A stretch of DNA of 64,000 nucleotides from an uncultured Bacilli bacterium. Its GTDB lineage: Bacteria > Bacillota_I > Bacilli_A > RF39 > UBA660. Shown here one piece after another: positions 14,935-24,351 of the stretch. The notes under the pieces are model-generated. The model was not told the DNA's origin. It saw only the letters and a program-made list of their open reading frames with translations, and searched no databases. How positions within the stretch are numbered: the stretch's first letter is position 1; the number at the start of each line of letters is the position of its first letter. The DNA is taken from positions 266 through 64,265 of the forward strand of contig CANRFG010000004.1 in NCBI GenBank assembly GCA_947629815.1, written 5' to 3'. A program made the translations under genes and the position numbers.

Positions 14935-17520
14935 ATGGAAAAAATAATTCTAGTTGATGGTAATAACTTACTTTTTAGAAGCTATTATGCAACAGCATAT
15001 AGTGGAAATTTTATGAAAAATAGTAAAGGATTTCCTACTAATGCATTGTTTGGATTTACTAATATGATAAATAAAATTGTATTAGAAGAAAAACCAACAT
15101 ATATATTAGTTGCTTTTGATAAAGGTAAAACTTTTAGACATGAAAAATACAAAGATTATAAAGCCGGTAGAATGGAAATGCCAAACGAATTAAGAGAGCA
15201 GTTTCCTATTGCTAAAGAATTATTAACATTGATGGGTATAAAATATTATGAAATAGAAAATTATGAAGCAGATGATATAATTGGTACTTTTGCTCAATTT
15301 TGCGATAATACAAATTATGTAGGTACTATAATAAGTAGTGATAAAGATTTACTTCAATTAATATCTGATAGTGTAGATATTAAATTATTAAAAACAAGAG
15401 ATTATATAAGATATAATAAAGAAAGTTTTTATGAAGAATATAAAATAAATCCTATAAATATAATAGATTTAAAAGCATTAATGGGGGATACTTCAGATAA
15501 TATAAAAGGCGTTAAAGGAATAGGTGAAAAAACCGCTTTAAAACTATTACAAGATTATAAAACATTAGATGGTATATATGAAAATATAGAAAATATAAGT
15601 GGAAAAATAAAAGAAAAGTTATTAGACGGAAAAAATGATGCATATGAAAGTTATTATTTGGCTACCATAGTTAAAAATGTACCAATTGAAATAAGTTTAG
15701 AAGATATTGTTTACAAAGGAAATCAAAAAGGTCTTAACGATTTATATGAAGAATTAGAATTTTATTCATTCTTAAAAAATGAAAAAATAGAAGAAAAAAT
15801 AACAGAACCATTTGAAGTAAAAATAATTAAAAATGTAGATGAGATAAATATAGATAGTAAGTGCGCAGTATATTTAGAAATACTTGGAACGAATTACCAT
15901 AATTCTAAAATACTTGGAATGGGAGTATATAATGAAAATAATAGTATTTTTATACCATTTGAAGTATTAAAACAAAATCCAACTTTTTTAACAACAGTAG
16001 AAAAATATACATATGACATTAAGAAAGTTTATGTTGCATTAAAGTGGAATCAAATAAAAATCGATAATATGAATTATGACGCTATGCTTGCAGGTTATTT
16101 ACTTGACTACAATGTTAAAGATGATATAGCTTATTTAGCAAATCAATTTGACTATGATATTCCATTTTATGATGCTATTTATGGAAAACAAAATAAGTTA
16201 GTAGAACCAAATATAGATGTAATTGCTTATACATGTGTATCTAAAGCAAAATTTATTTATGAAACTCATGATATTTTAATTGATAAATTAAAAAAAGAAG
16301 AATTAATAACTTTATTTAATGATGTAGAAATACCTTTATCATATACATTAGGTGATATGGAATATAATGGAGTGATTGTAGATAAAGACATTTTAAATAA
16401 AATGGGAGTTGAATTTAAAGAAAAAATAGATGAGGTAGAAAAAAATATATATGAAGCAGCAGGGCATGAATTTAAAATAGCATCTCCAATACAATTAAGC
16501 ACAGTATTATTCGAAGAATTAAATTTACCACATGGTAAAAAAGGTAAATTTGGATATTCAACTGCTATAGAAATTTTAAATAAATTAGTTGATAAACACC
16601 CAATTATAAATATGATAATAGAATATAGAATGCTTACAAAACTTTATAGTACTTATATAGAAGGATTAATATCTTCTATACATTCAGATGGTAGAGTACA
16701 TACAATTTATACTCAAGCACTTACTCGTACAGGTAGACTTTCATCAATAGAACCTAATTTACAAAATATACCTGTAAGATATGAATATGGAAAACTTATA
16801 AGAAAAGCCTTTTTACCTTCTAAGGATTCTGTTATTTTAAGTTCTGATTATTCTCAAATTGAACTTAGAATTCTTGCTCATGTTTCACAAGTAGAAGCAT
16901 TAAAAGAGGCATTTAAAAATGATATAGATATTCATACTAAAACTGCTAGTGATATATTTAAAGTTGATATAAATGATGTTACTAAAGATATGAGAAGAGT
17001 AGCTAAGGCAGTTAATTTTGGAATAATATATGGAATTAGTGGATATGGACTTTCTGAAAATTTAGGAACGACTACTAAAGAAGCATCTAAATTTATAGAA
17101 GACTACTTAAACACTTATCCAGGTATAAAAAAATATATGGACGATACTATAAGAATCGCTCATGAAAATAATTATGTAAAAACTCTATTTAATAGGAAAA
17201 GGAATATACCTGAACTTTCTAATAAGAATGCTTCAATAAGAAAAAGTGCGGAAAGAATTGCTCTTAATACTCCAATACAAGGGACAAGCGCTGACATAAT
17301 TAAGATTGCTATGATAAATGCAGATAAAGAAATTAAAAGTCGAAATTTGAAATCTAAAATGATATTACAAGTACATGATGAATTAATATTTGATGTAGTT
17401 AAAGATGAATTAGAGGAAATAAAAAGTATTGTTAAAAACACTATGGAAAATGTATGTGATTTAACAGTTCCAATGAAAGTTGATATACAAACAGGTACTG
17501 ATTGGTATAACGCTAAATAA
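14935..17520 (+). CDS. polA: DNA polymerase I
   Basis: 5'-3' exonuclease N-terminus. Polymerase motifs DYSQIELRILAH, RRVAKAVNFGIIYG and QVHDELIFD. ATG 14935 after GGGTGA (GTG 14926 alternative). Confidence 0.85.
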   Translation: MEKIILVDGNNLLFRSYYATAYSGNFMKNSKGFPTNALFGFTNMINKIVLEEKPTYILVAFDKGKTFRHEKYKDYKAGRMEMPNELREQFPIAKELLTLMGIKYYEIENYEADDIIGTFAQFCDNTNYVGTIISSDKDLLQLISDSVDIKLLKTRDYIRYNKESFYEEYKINPINIIDLKALMGDTSDNIKGVKGIGEKTALKLLQDYKTLDGIYENIENISGKIKEKLLDGKNDAYESYYLATIVKNVPIEISLEDIVYKGNQKGLNDLYEELEFYSFLKNEKIEEKITEPFEVKIIKNVDEINIDSKCAVYLEILGTNYHNSKILGMGVYNENNSIFIPFEVLKQNPTFLTTVEKYTYDIKKVYVALKWNQIKIDNMNYDAMLAGYLLDYNVKDDIAYLANQFDYDIPFYDAIYGKQNKLVEPNIDVIAYTCVSKAKFIYETHDILIDKLKKEELITLFNDVEIPLSYTLGDMEYNGVIVDKDILNKMGVEFKEKIDEVEKNIYEAAGHEFKIASPIQLSTVLFEELNLPHGKKGKFGYSTAIEILNKLVDKHPIINMIIEYRMLTKLYSTYIEGLISSIHSDGRVHTIYTQALTRTGRLSSIEPNLQNIPVRYEYGKLIRKAFLPSKDSVILSSDYSQIELRILAHVSQVEALKEAFKNDIDIHTKTASDIFKVDINDVTKDMRRVAKAVNFGIIYGISGYGLSENLGTTTKEASKFIEDYLNTYPGIKKYMDDTIRIAHENNYVKTLFNRKRNIPELSNKNASIRKSAERIALNTPIQGTSADIIKIAMINADKEIKSRNLKSKMILQVHDELIFDVVKDELEEIKSIVKNTMENVCDLTVPMKVDIQTGTDWYNAK

Positions 17521-17574
17521 ATATTTACAAACTAATTAATATAAGGTATAATTTTACTAGAATTGAGGTATATT

Positions 17575-18252
17575 ATGAAAAAAAATGGATTGAAGATCTC
17601 TGTATTTATAATTATGTTACTTTTTTGTGTGGGGACTGTTTATGCAGAAGATTCTAGTCTTTCTGATGTAGTTTCATGTGGTGGGGGTATCGAATTACCA
17701 TCGAAATTAGTTAATTTAATTTCAATATTTATAACTGCATTACAGGTCGCTGTGCCAATTATATTGATTGTAATGGGAATGCTTGATTTTGCTAAAGCAA
17801 CAGCAGCATCTAAAGAAGAAGATATTAAAAAAGGTCAACAAACTTTTGTAAGAAGGTTAATAGCAGGTGCGTGTGTATTTTTCGTAATATTTGTTGTTAA
17901 AGTTACTATAGGTGCTTTAAATACAGATGATAGTAATCAATTACTTGCTTGCGTCGATAAACTATTAAATGGTACTTCTGGATTAAGTAAAGAAGAACAA
18001 TTTGAGATTCAACAAGGAACACTTAAATCAGAGTGCGAGGAATTATATGCAACAGGTGGTAATTGGAAAAAGTGTATATGTGAAGTTGCAATCGATGTAT
18101 ATTCAGCTAAAGGGGATATGTTTGAAGGAGTAGATGAAAAAGATATACCAGAATATATAAAGAATAATAGTGAATTTAGAGATATATTTGATATTTATGC
18201 AACAGAAGAAAAATCACAATATGGTTATTCAAATTGTGAACATCTTTATTAA
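17575..18252 (+). CDS. Secreted/membrane Cys-rich hypothetical protein
   Basis: Signal peptide MKKNGLKISVFIIMLLFCVGTVYA. Two hydrophobic helices follow, then a C-terminal domain with several Cys. GAGGT RBS. Confidence 0.5.
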   Translation: MKKNGLKISVFIIMLLFCVGTVYAEDSSLSDVVSCGGGIELPSKLVNLISIFITALQVAVPIILIVMGMLDFAKATAASKEEDIKKGQQTFVRRLIAGACVFFVIFVVKVTIGALNTDDSNQLLACVDKLLNGTSGLSKEEQFEIQQGTLKSECEELYATGGNWKKCICEVAIDVYSAKGDMFEGVDEKDIPEYIKNNSEFRDIFDIYATEEKSQYGYSNCEHLY

Positions 18253-18317
18253 TTTAAAGGGAATGTTATAGAATATTATTATACATACTCTTTTTCTATA
18301 TAAAGGAGGATATTAAA

Positions 18318-19607
18318 ATGATAGACATAAGATTAATAAGAGAAAATAAAGAAATGGTAAAAGAAAATATAAAGAAAAAATTTCAAGATAGTAAATTACC
18401 ATTAGTAGATGAAGTAGAAAAATTAGATATAGAACTTAGACAATTAAAATTAGAGGGCGATAATTTAAGACAAGAAAGAAATACAATCAGTAGTGAGATT
18501 GGTTCTTTAATGCGTGATAAAAAATTAGAAGAAGCAAATTCTAAAAAATTAGAAGTTGTAGAAATTAATAAGAAACTACAAACTATTGAAGAAAAAGAAG
18601 AAAAAATAAATCAAGAAATTAAAAGTAAAATGATGTTAATTCCTAATATAATTGATGAAAGTGTTCCAATTGGAAAAGATGATAGTGAGAATGTTGAGAT
18701 TGAAAAGTTTGGAGAACCAATCGTTCCAAACTATGAAATTCCATATCATGCAGACATAATGGAAAAGTTGTCAGGGCTTGATAAAGAATCTGCTGGAAGA
18801 ACAAGTGGTAATGGTTTTTATTATTTAATGGGTGATATTGCAAGACTTCATGAAGCAACAATTGCTTATGCAAGAGATTTTATGATTAATAAAGGTTTTA
18901 CATATTGTATACCTCCTTTTATGATAAGAGGAGATGTTGTTAATGGTGTAATGTCTTTTGCAGAAATGGATTCTATGATGTATAAAATAGAAAATGAAGA
19001 CTTATATTTAATTGGTACTTCTGAACATTCAATGATAGGTAAGTTTAAAGGCGAATTAATAGATGAAAAAGAGTTACCTATAACGATGACTTCTTATTCT
19101 CCTTGTTTTAGAAAAGAAGTAGGTGCGCATGGATTAGAAGAAAGAGGACTTTATAGAGTACATCAATTTGAAAAACAAGAAATGGTAGTTTTATGTAAGC
19201 CTGAAGATTCAATGGATTGGTATAATAAAATGTGGCAATTTACTGTTGAATTCTTTAGAAGCTTAGATGTCCCTGTTAGAACATTAGAATGTTGTAGTGG
19301 CGATTTAGCTGATTTAAAAGTAAAATCATGTGATGTTGAAGCATGGAGTCCAAGACAAAAAAAATATTTTGAAGTTGGCTCTTGTTCAACACTTGGAGAT
19401 GCCCAAGCAAGAAGATTAGGTATTAGAATGAAAACGGAAAGTGGCAATCAGTTCCTATCTACTTTAAACAATACTGTAATTGCAAGCCCTAGAGCGTTAA
19501 TAGCCATTATAGAAAATAATTATCAGGAAGATGGGTCAATAAAAATACCAAAAGTATTACAACAATATATGGGTGGAAAAGAGAAAATCGAAAAGAAGTA
19601 TATATAA
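18318..19607 (+). CDS. serS: Seryl-tRNA synthetase
   Basis: N-terminal coiled-coil arm. Class II motifs (RVHQFEKQEMV, GSCSTLGDAQARRL). AAGGAGG RBS. Confidence 0.9.
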   Translation: MIDIRLIRENKEMVKENIKKKFQDSKLPLVDEVEKLDIELRQLKLEGDNLRQERNTISSEIGSLMRDKKLEEANSKKLEVVEINKKLQTIEEKEEKINQEIKSKMMLIPNIIDESVPIGKDDSENVEIEKFGEPIVPNYEIPYHADIMEKLSGLDKESAGRTSGNGFYYLMGDIARLHEATIAYARDFMINKGFTYCIPPFMIRGDVVNGVMSFAEMDSMMYKIENEDLYLIGTSEHSMIGKFKGELIDEKELPITMTSYSPCFRKEVGAHGLEERGLYRVHQFEKQEMVVLCKPEDSMDWYNKMWQFTVEFFRSLDVPVRTLECCSGDLADLKVKSCDVEAWSPRQKKYFEVGSCSTLGDAQARRLGIRMKTESGNQFLSTLNNTVIASPRALIAIIENNYQEDGSIKIPKVLQQYMGGKEKIEKKYI

Positions 19608-19655
19608 AGGCTCTTTGAAAAAATTAAAGAATTATATAATACTTCTTTTTCCTTG
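19471..19655. repeat. serS 3' end plus terminator region (repeat copy 1, native)
   Basis: This segment recurs at 20293, 21663 and 23433 at about 85-90% identity. Confidence 0.8.
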
Positions 19656-19768
19656 TTCAACTATATTATTTATATTTTTAATGAGTTAGGTTATATTGAA
19701 GAAAAATGTCACAAGTGGCAAAAATCTTCAAAAAGTTTAAAGAATGATAGAAAGGAAGTTAGTTAACT

Positions 19769-20230
19769 ATGAAAGAAATTAAAAGAGATATTTACTTAAA
19801 CAGATTAATTAATCGAAAGGAAAATGGCTTAATTAAAATTATAACTGGTATTAGAAGATGTGGTAAGTCTTATTTATTAAATCCACTATTTAAAAATTAT
19901 CTACTTGATAGTGGTGTAAAAGAAAATCATATAATGGAAAATATTATATATAACGAATTAATGATAAGGGGCTATAATGTTGATGTAGGTGTAGTTGAAA
20001 TTAGAGATGAAAATAAAGATAGGAAGCAGTTAGAAGTTGATTTTGTATGCAATTTAGGAGATAAAAGATATTATATACAATCGGCATAAATTTAGAAACA
20101 AGAGAAAAAACAATACAAGAAGAACGACCTTTAATGAATATAAATGATAATTTTAAAAAAATAATTGTAGTAAAAGACAACATTAAGCATTGGTATACAG
20201 AAGAAGGTATATTAGTAATTGGGGTGAAGA
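19769..20230 (+). pseudogene. Degraded AAA_14/DUF4143 ATPase (internal deletion plus premature stop)
   Basis: 106-aa ORF has the N-terminal P-loop (GIRRCGKSYLL) fused directly to a C-terminal-type segment (EVDFVCNLGDKRYYIQ). The extreme C-terminus (IIVVKDNIKHWYTEEGILVIGVKNSC) is encoded out of the ORF at 20163-20240. Intact homologs are about 400 aa. Confidence 0.6.
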
Positions 20231-20292
20231 ATTCTTGCTAAATCAAAATAGTATGGATTTATAGTTTTATTGGTGTATATTGAAACTATAAG

Positions 20293-20528
20293 AAATATTG
20301 TAATTGCAAGCCCTAGAGCGTTAATAACTATTATAGAAAATAATTATCAGGAAGATGGGTGAGTAAAATACCAAAAGTATTACAACAATATATGGGTGGA
20401 AAAGAAATTATAAAAAAAGACATTAAATAGATTAACTATTTATGTGTTAAAAAGATTAGTCATTTATAAAAAAGAAGTATATAAAGATTCTTTCAAAAAT
20501 TGAAGAATTAGTTACATACTTCTTTTTA
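20293..20528. repeat. serS 3'-end/terminator repeat copy 2
   Basis: aatattgtaattgcaagccctagagcgttaata...tatgggtggaaaag plus a downstream aagaagtatataaag...tacttcttttt hairpin segment. Confidence 0.8.
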
Positions 20529-20545
20529 GTAATTTTTTTAATTGT

Positions 20546-21547
20546 TTAAACTTTATAATAACTTTGATTTTTGCTTGTTGGCTTTTCTGGATTAGTCATT
20601 TTTATAAGACCATTCGCAAGAGCTGGGGCTAGATAATTTTTTCTAAACGATAATCTTGATTTTAGACCTAATTTATCCATTAACTCTTTAGTTGACATAG
20701 CAGGTTGCCCTTCCATTGCGGTTAATAGTTTTTTAACATAAGTACTAATATGATTTGCCTCTATTGATGTACTTTCAATTAAGTTTTCTAAAATTTCATC
20801 AATCATTTTTAACATAAATTCAATGAATTCAGTTGAATTTCCCTTTAAATTACAATTATTGATAGTTTCATAATATTCATCCTGATATTCTTTTATTTGT
20901 GATTCAATTGGAACATATTCAAAGATATTTTCCCAATTAGATAGCTGTATGTTTTGCCATAGTCTTACAGTTCTTCCGTTTCCATCACTAAATGGGTGAA
21001 TAAAAACAAATTCATAGTGAAATACTGATGATAATATTAAAGGATGGATAGTATTTTTGTTTTCTTTCATCCAACTAAATAATTGCTCCATAAGTGAACT
21101 TACCATTTCAGGTTTAGGACACATATGAATACATTTATCTCCATCAAAGACGCCTTCATTACCTTTTCTAAATTCTCCTGATTCTTGAACAGTTAAAAAG
21201 GTCATTATGCCATGAATTTTTTTTAAATCTTTTATAGAATATGGATTTATTTCTTTCATCATTTCATAAGCTTTATAAGCATTTTTTACTTCTTGTATTT
21301 CTTTTTGATTGCCAATAACTATTTTCCCGTCGATAATATCTTTTACTTCTTTAAAAGATAAAGAATTATCTTCTATTGCAAGTGAAGAATGAATAGATTG
21401 AATTCGATTATTCCTTCTTAAAATTGGTAACTTACTTAAATCTTTATAATTATCTAATTTTCCTATCTTTTTCATTATGGAAGCAACCAAGTAGAGCATT
21501 TTATTTGTTATTTCAAAAGGTGGAGCATATTTATTCATTAAAATCAC
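20546..21547 (-). CDS. Fic-family protein with C-terminal winged-helix domain
   Basis: Canonical Fic motif HPFSDGNGRTVR. GAGGTGA RBS. Confidence 0.85.
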   Translation of the reverse strand: MILMNKYAPPFEITNKMLYLVASIMKKIGKLDNYKDLSKLPILRRNNRIQSIHSSLAIEDNSLSFKEVKDIIDGKIVIGNQKEIQEVKNAYKAYEMMKEINPYSIKDLKKIHGIMTFLTVQESGEFRKGNEGVFDGDKCIHMCPKPEMVSSLMEQLFSWMKENKNTIHPLILSSVFHYEFVFIHPFSDGNGRTVRLWQNIQLSNWENIFEYVPIESQIKEYQDEYYETINNCNLKGNSTEFIEFMLKMIDEILENLIESTSIEANHISTYVKKLLTAMEGQPAMSTKELMDKLGLKSRLSFRKNYLAPALANGLIKMTNPEKPTSKNQSYYKV

Positions 21548-21662
21548 CTCATTTTTAATACTATTATTATACTAAAAACAACTATAATAGTCAATCATCT
21601 TATATGTTTTTCTATATGCTATCTTGTATTCTAATATTATTTAAATTGGTGCAAATAGAAAA

Positions 21663-21945
21663 AATATTGTAATTGCAAGCCCTAGAATGTTAATAGCTAT
21701 TATAGAAAACAATTATCAGGAAGATAGGTCAATAAAAATATCAAAAGTATTACAATCATATATGGTGGAAAAGAAATTATAAAAAAGACTTAAAATAGAT
21801 TAAATATTTATGTTATATTTGTTATTTATTTAATAGGTATAAAAATGTTACATATAATCTCAAAAAAAGATTATTTGCTATAAAAAGGAGTATATATAAA
21901 GGTTCTTTTAAAAATTTAAAGAATTATATAATACTTTTTTTTAAC
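21663..21945. repeat. serS 3'-end/terminator repeat copy 3
   Basis: Homologous to 19471-19655. Shares an extra ttggtgcaaatagaaaaaat 5' extension with copy 4. Confidence 0.8.
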
Positions 21946-21966
21946 TTGTTTATTGAATTAAATAAA

Positions 21967-22005
21967 TTTATAGTGACATTTATAGTGACATTTATAGTGA
22001 CATAT
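21967..22005. repeat. 3 x 12-bp direct repeats (tttatagtgaca) about 30 bp upstream of the AlbA_2 gene
   Basis: Perfect triple tandem. Candidate operator/iteron. Confidence 0.6.
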
Positions 22006-22033
22006 GGTAATATTATAATGGAGGTAAAAATCA

Positions 22034-23359
22034 ATGCTAGGATTATTAGAGGATAAAAGAAATGAATTTAAAATAAAACTTACAGACACCCTTGAAAAAG
22101 AAGTAATTGCCTTTTTAAATACTGAAGGAGGAAATATATTTATAGGAATTGATGATAAAGGAAATATTAACGGGGTAACTGGTAATATTGATTTATTGCA
22201 AAGAACAATAAAAGATAGAATAAAAGATAACATTATGCCTTCAACTTTAGGTTTATTTGATGTTGTTGTAAATGAATTAAAAGGGAAGAAATATATTCAA
22301 ATTGTTGTAGCAAAAGGTGCAGAAAGACCATATTATTTAAGGGGAATGGGTATGACTCCAGATAGTTGTTTCATTAGAGTAGGGTCAGCTGTTGAAAGCA
22401 TGAATGGGGAAACGATTCTTAATTTATTTTCAAAACGTGCTAGAAATTCTTTAAAAAATATAAAGTCACCAAAACAGGATTTAGAATTTAAAACATTAAA
22501 AATATATTATCAAGAAAATGGTTTTGAAATAAATGATAATTTTTTAAAAAAATTAGATTTTTATGATGATAACGATGACTTTAATTATATTGCTTATTTA
22601 CTTTCAGACAACAATAATATATCCGTACAATTTGCAAAATATGCTGGAGACGATGTTTATAATTTGATAGAAAATGAAGATTTTGGTTTTTGTTCTTTAA
22701 TTAAAATAACAGACAATGTTTTAAATAAAATTATGATAGAAAATAAAACCTATACAAAAATAGAAACTCCAGTTAGAAAAGAAATAAAAATGTATGATTA
22801 TAATGCAGTAAAAGAATTGATTACTAATGCACTTATTCATAATGATTGGTGTAATGGTTATTCTCCAAAATTTGAAATGTTTGATAACAAGTTAGTTATA
22901 TCCTCAAATGGAGGGATACAAGAAGGAGTTAGTCAAGAAGAATTTTTAGAAGGTTTTTCTAATCCTAGAAATCCCGAATTAATGAGAATTTTTAGAGATT
23001 TAAATTTTGTGGAACAACTTGGAACAGGAATACAAAGAGTACTAAAAACGTATGATAAAAGTATTTTTGAATTTTTTCCTAATCACATACGAGTAACAAT
23101 ACCTTTTAATAATAATGAATTTAAAGATAATAATGAAGCTTCAGAAAATGTATCATTCAAATCTTTTAATAATTTACAAAAATCAATTATAAAATTAATA
23201 ATGGACAAACCATCAATAACTCAAGAAGAATTGGCTAGGTTGCTAGATGTAAATAAAAGGACTATTATAAGAAATTTTAAAATTCTTATTGAGTGTGATT
23301 ATATTGAAAGAGTGGGCGCCAATAAAAATGGTTATTGGAAAGTTAATCATAAATTATAA
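22034..23359 (+). CDS. AlbA_2 (Schlafen-like) + HATPase_c_4 + wHTH putative transcriptional regulator (RecG-C-like divergent AAA)
   Basis: N-terminus NEFKIKLTDTLEKEVIAFLNTEGGNIFIGIDDKGNI is typical of AlbA_2. C-terminal HTH (ITQEELARLLDVNKRTIIRN). GGAGGT RBS. Confidence 0.7.
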   Translation: MLGLLEDKRNEFKIKLTDTLEKEVIAFLNTEGGNIFIGIDDKGNINGVTGNIDLLQRTIKDRIKDNIMPSTLGLFDVVVNELKGKKYIQIVVAKGAERPYYLRGMGMTPDSCFIRVGSAVESMNGETILNLFSKRARNSLKNIKSPKQDLEFKTLKIYYQENGFEINDNFLKKLDFYDDNDDFNYIAYLLSDNNNISVQFAKYAGDDVYNLIENEDFGFCSLIKITDNVLNKIMIENKTYTKIETPVRKEIKMYDYNAVKELITNALIHNDWCNGYSPKFEMFDNKLVISSNGGIQEGVSQEEFLEGFSNPRNPELMRIFRDLNFVEQLGTGIQRVLKTYDKSIFEFFPNHIRVTIPFNNNEFKDNNEASENVSFKSFNNLQKSIIKLIMDKPSITQEELARLLDVNKRTIIRNFKILIECDYIERVGANKNGYWKVNHKL

Positions 23360-23432
23360 ATTAGAAATAAATGCATTTATATAAAACAAAAAAATAAGTG
23401 ACGTATTATAAACTTTTGGTGCAAATAGAAAA

Positions 23433-23545
23433 AATATTGTAATTGCAACTCCTAGAGTGTTAATAGCTATTATAGAAAATAATAATCAGGAAGATGGGTG
23501 AATAAAAATACCAAAAGTATTACAACTATATATGGGTGGAAAAGA
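23433..23545. repeat. serS 3'-end repeat copy 4
   Basis: Homologous to serS 19471-19600. Followed by its own terminator hairpin. Confidence 0.8.
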
Positions 23546-23562
23546 AAACATAAAATGCAGTT

Positions 23563-23595
23563 TTAAGACAATAAAATGACAAAGTTATTGTCATT
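23563..23595 (+). terminator. Intrinsic terminator
   Basis: gacaataa-aatgacaaag-ttattgtc followed by a T-run. Confidence 0.5.
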
Positions 23596-23638
23596 TTTAG
23601 TTTATTTGATATAATTTAATTAGGTTATTTAGAAAGAG

Positions 23639-24340
23639 GTGGTTTTGTTGCCATTTTTAATAGGAGTCATAATACTTATTACAGCAGTATTAATAGGTTA
23701 TTTCATAATAAGAAAAAAAATAAGAGATTTTTCAACACAATTTTTTGGTACTTCAAATATAAAATCAGCAATACAAAAATTAGAAATTGAAGCAGAAGAA
23801 ACGCCAAAATCCTTATCAGGTATGGAGTCTTTAGCGTTACCAATATTGCAAGAAGATTTTCCAGACCTTAATATAAATGAAATGAAATCTTTATGCGAAA
23901 ATAAAATATTAGAATGTTTTAAAAAAGTAAATGACGCAAATAATGATGAACATTTTGAATCACAAAAAATAGAAAATTGGGTTAAAGATAAAATATCAAA
24001 ATCAACTAAATATGATTCTATAAAAATACATAAGACAATATTAAATAAATATAATAAAGTAGATAATATTGCTACATTATCTTTTAGAACAGCTTTACAA
24101 TATATTTACAGTGATGATAAAATTAAAAATAAAAAAGTGCAAACTAGGTTTGAAACTGAATTTATATACATAATTGATTCATCAAAACTATCAGAAAATC
24201 AAAAAGGTTTAGCGCTTAACTGTCCAAATTGTGGCGCTCCAATAAAAAATTTAAAACAAAAGTATTGTGTTTACTGTAATTGTGGTATAATAGATGTAGT
24301 TAAAAAGGTATGGACTTTTAACAATATAAGAGAGTTTTAG
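23639..24340 (+). CDS. Membrane-anchored protein with C-terminal zinc ribbon
   Basis: N-terminal TM. C-terminal CPNCG...CVYCNCG. Directly precedes the SPFH-like gene. Start may be TTG 23645. Confidence 0.5.
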   Translation: MVLLPFLIGVIILITAVLIGYFIIRKKIRDFSTQFFGTSNIKSAIQKLEIEAEETPKSLSGMESLALPILQEDFPDLNINEMKSLCENKILECFKKVNDANNDEHFESQKIENWVKDKISKSTKYDSIKIHKTILNKYNKVDNIATLSFRTALQYIYSDDKIKNKKVQTRFETEFIYIIDSSKLSENQKGLALNCPNCGAPIKNLKQKYCVYCNCGIIDVVKKVWTFNNIREF

Positions 24341-24351
24341 GAGGAAAAGAA

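Noticed and set aside
21958-22233. Antisense 91-aa ORF ending in CHYKCHYKCHYK
   Set aside because: Artefact of the 3x12-bp iterons. It overlaps the 5' end of the AlbA_2 gene and has no RBS.
19471-23545. serS 3' repeats as a possible assembly duplication artefact
   Set aside because: The copies differ from each other by about 10% and are flanked by distinct unique genes. This is consistent with genuine ancient duplications or insertions.
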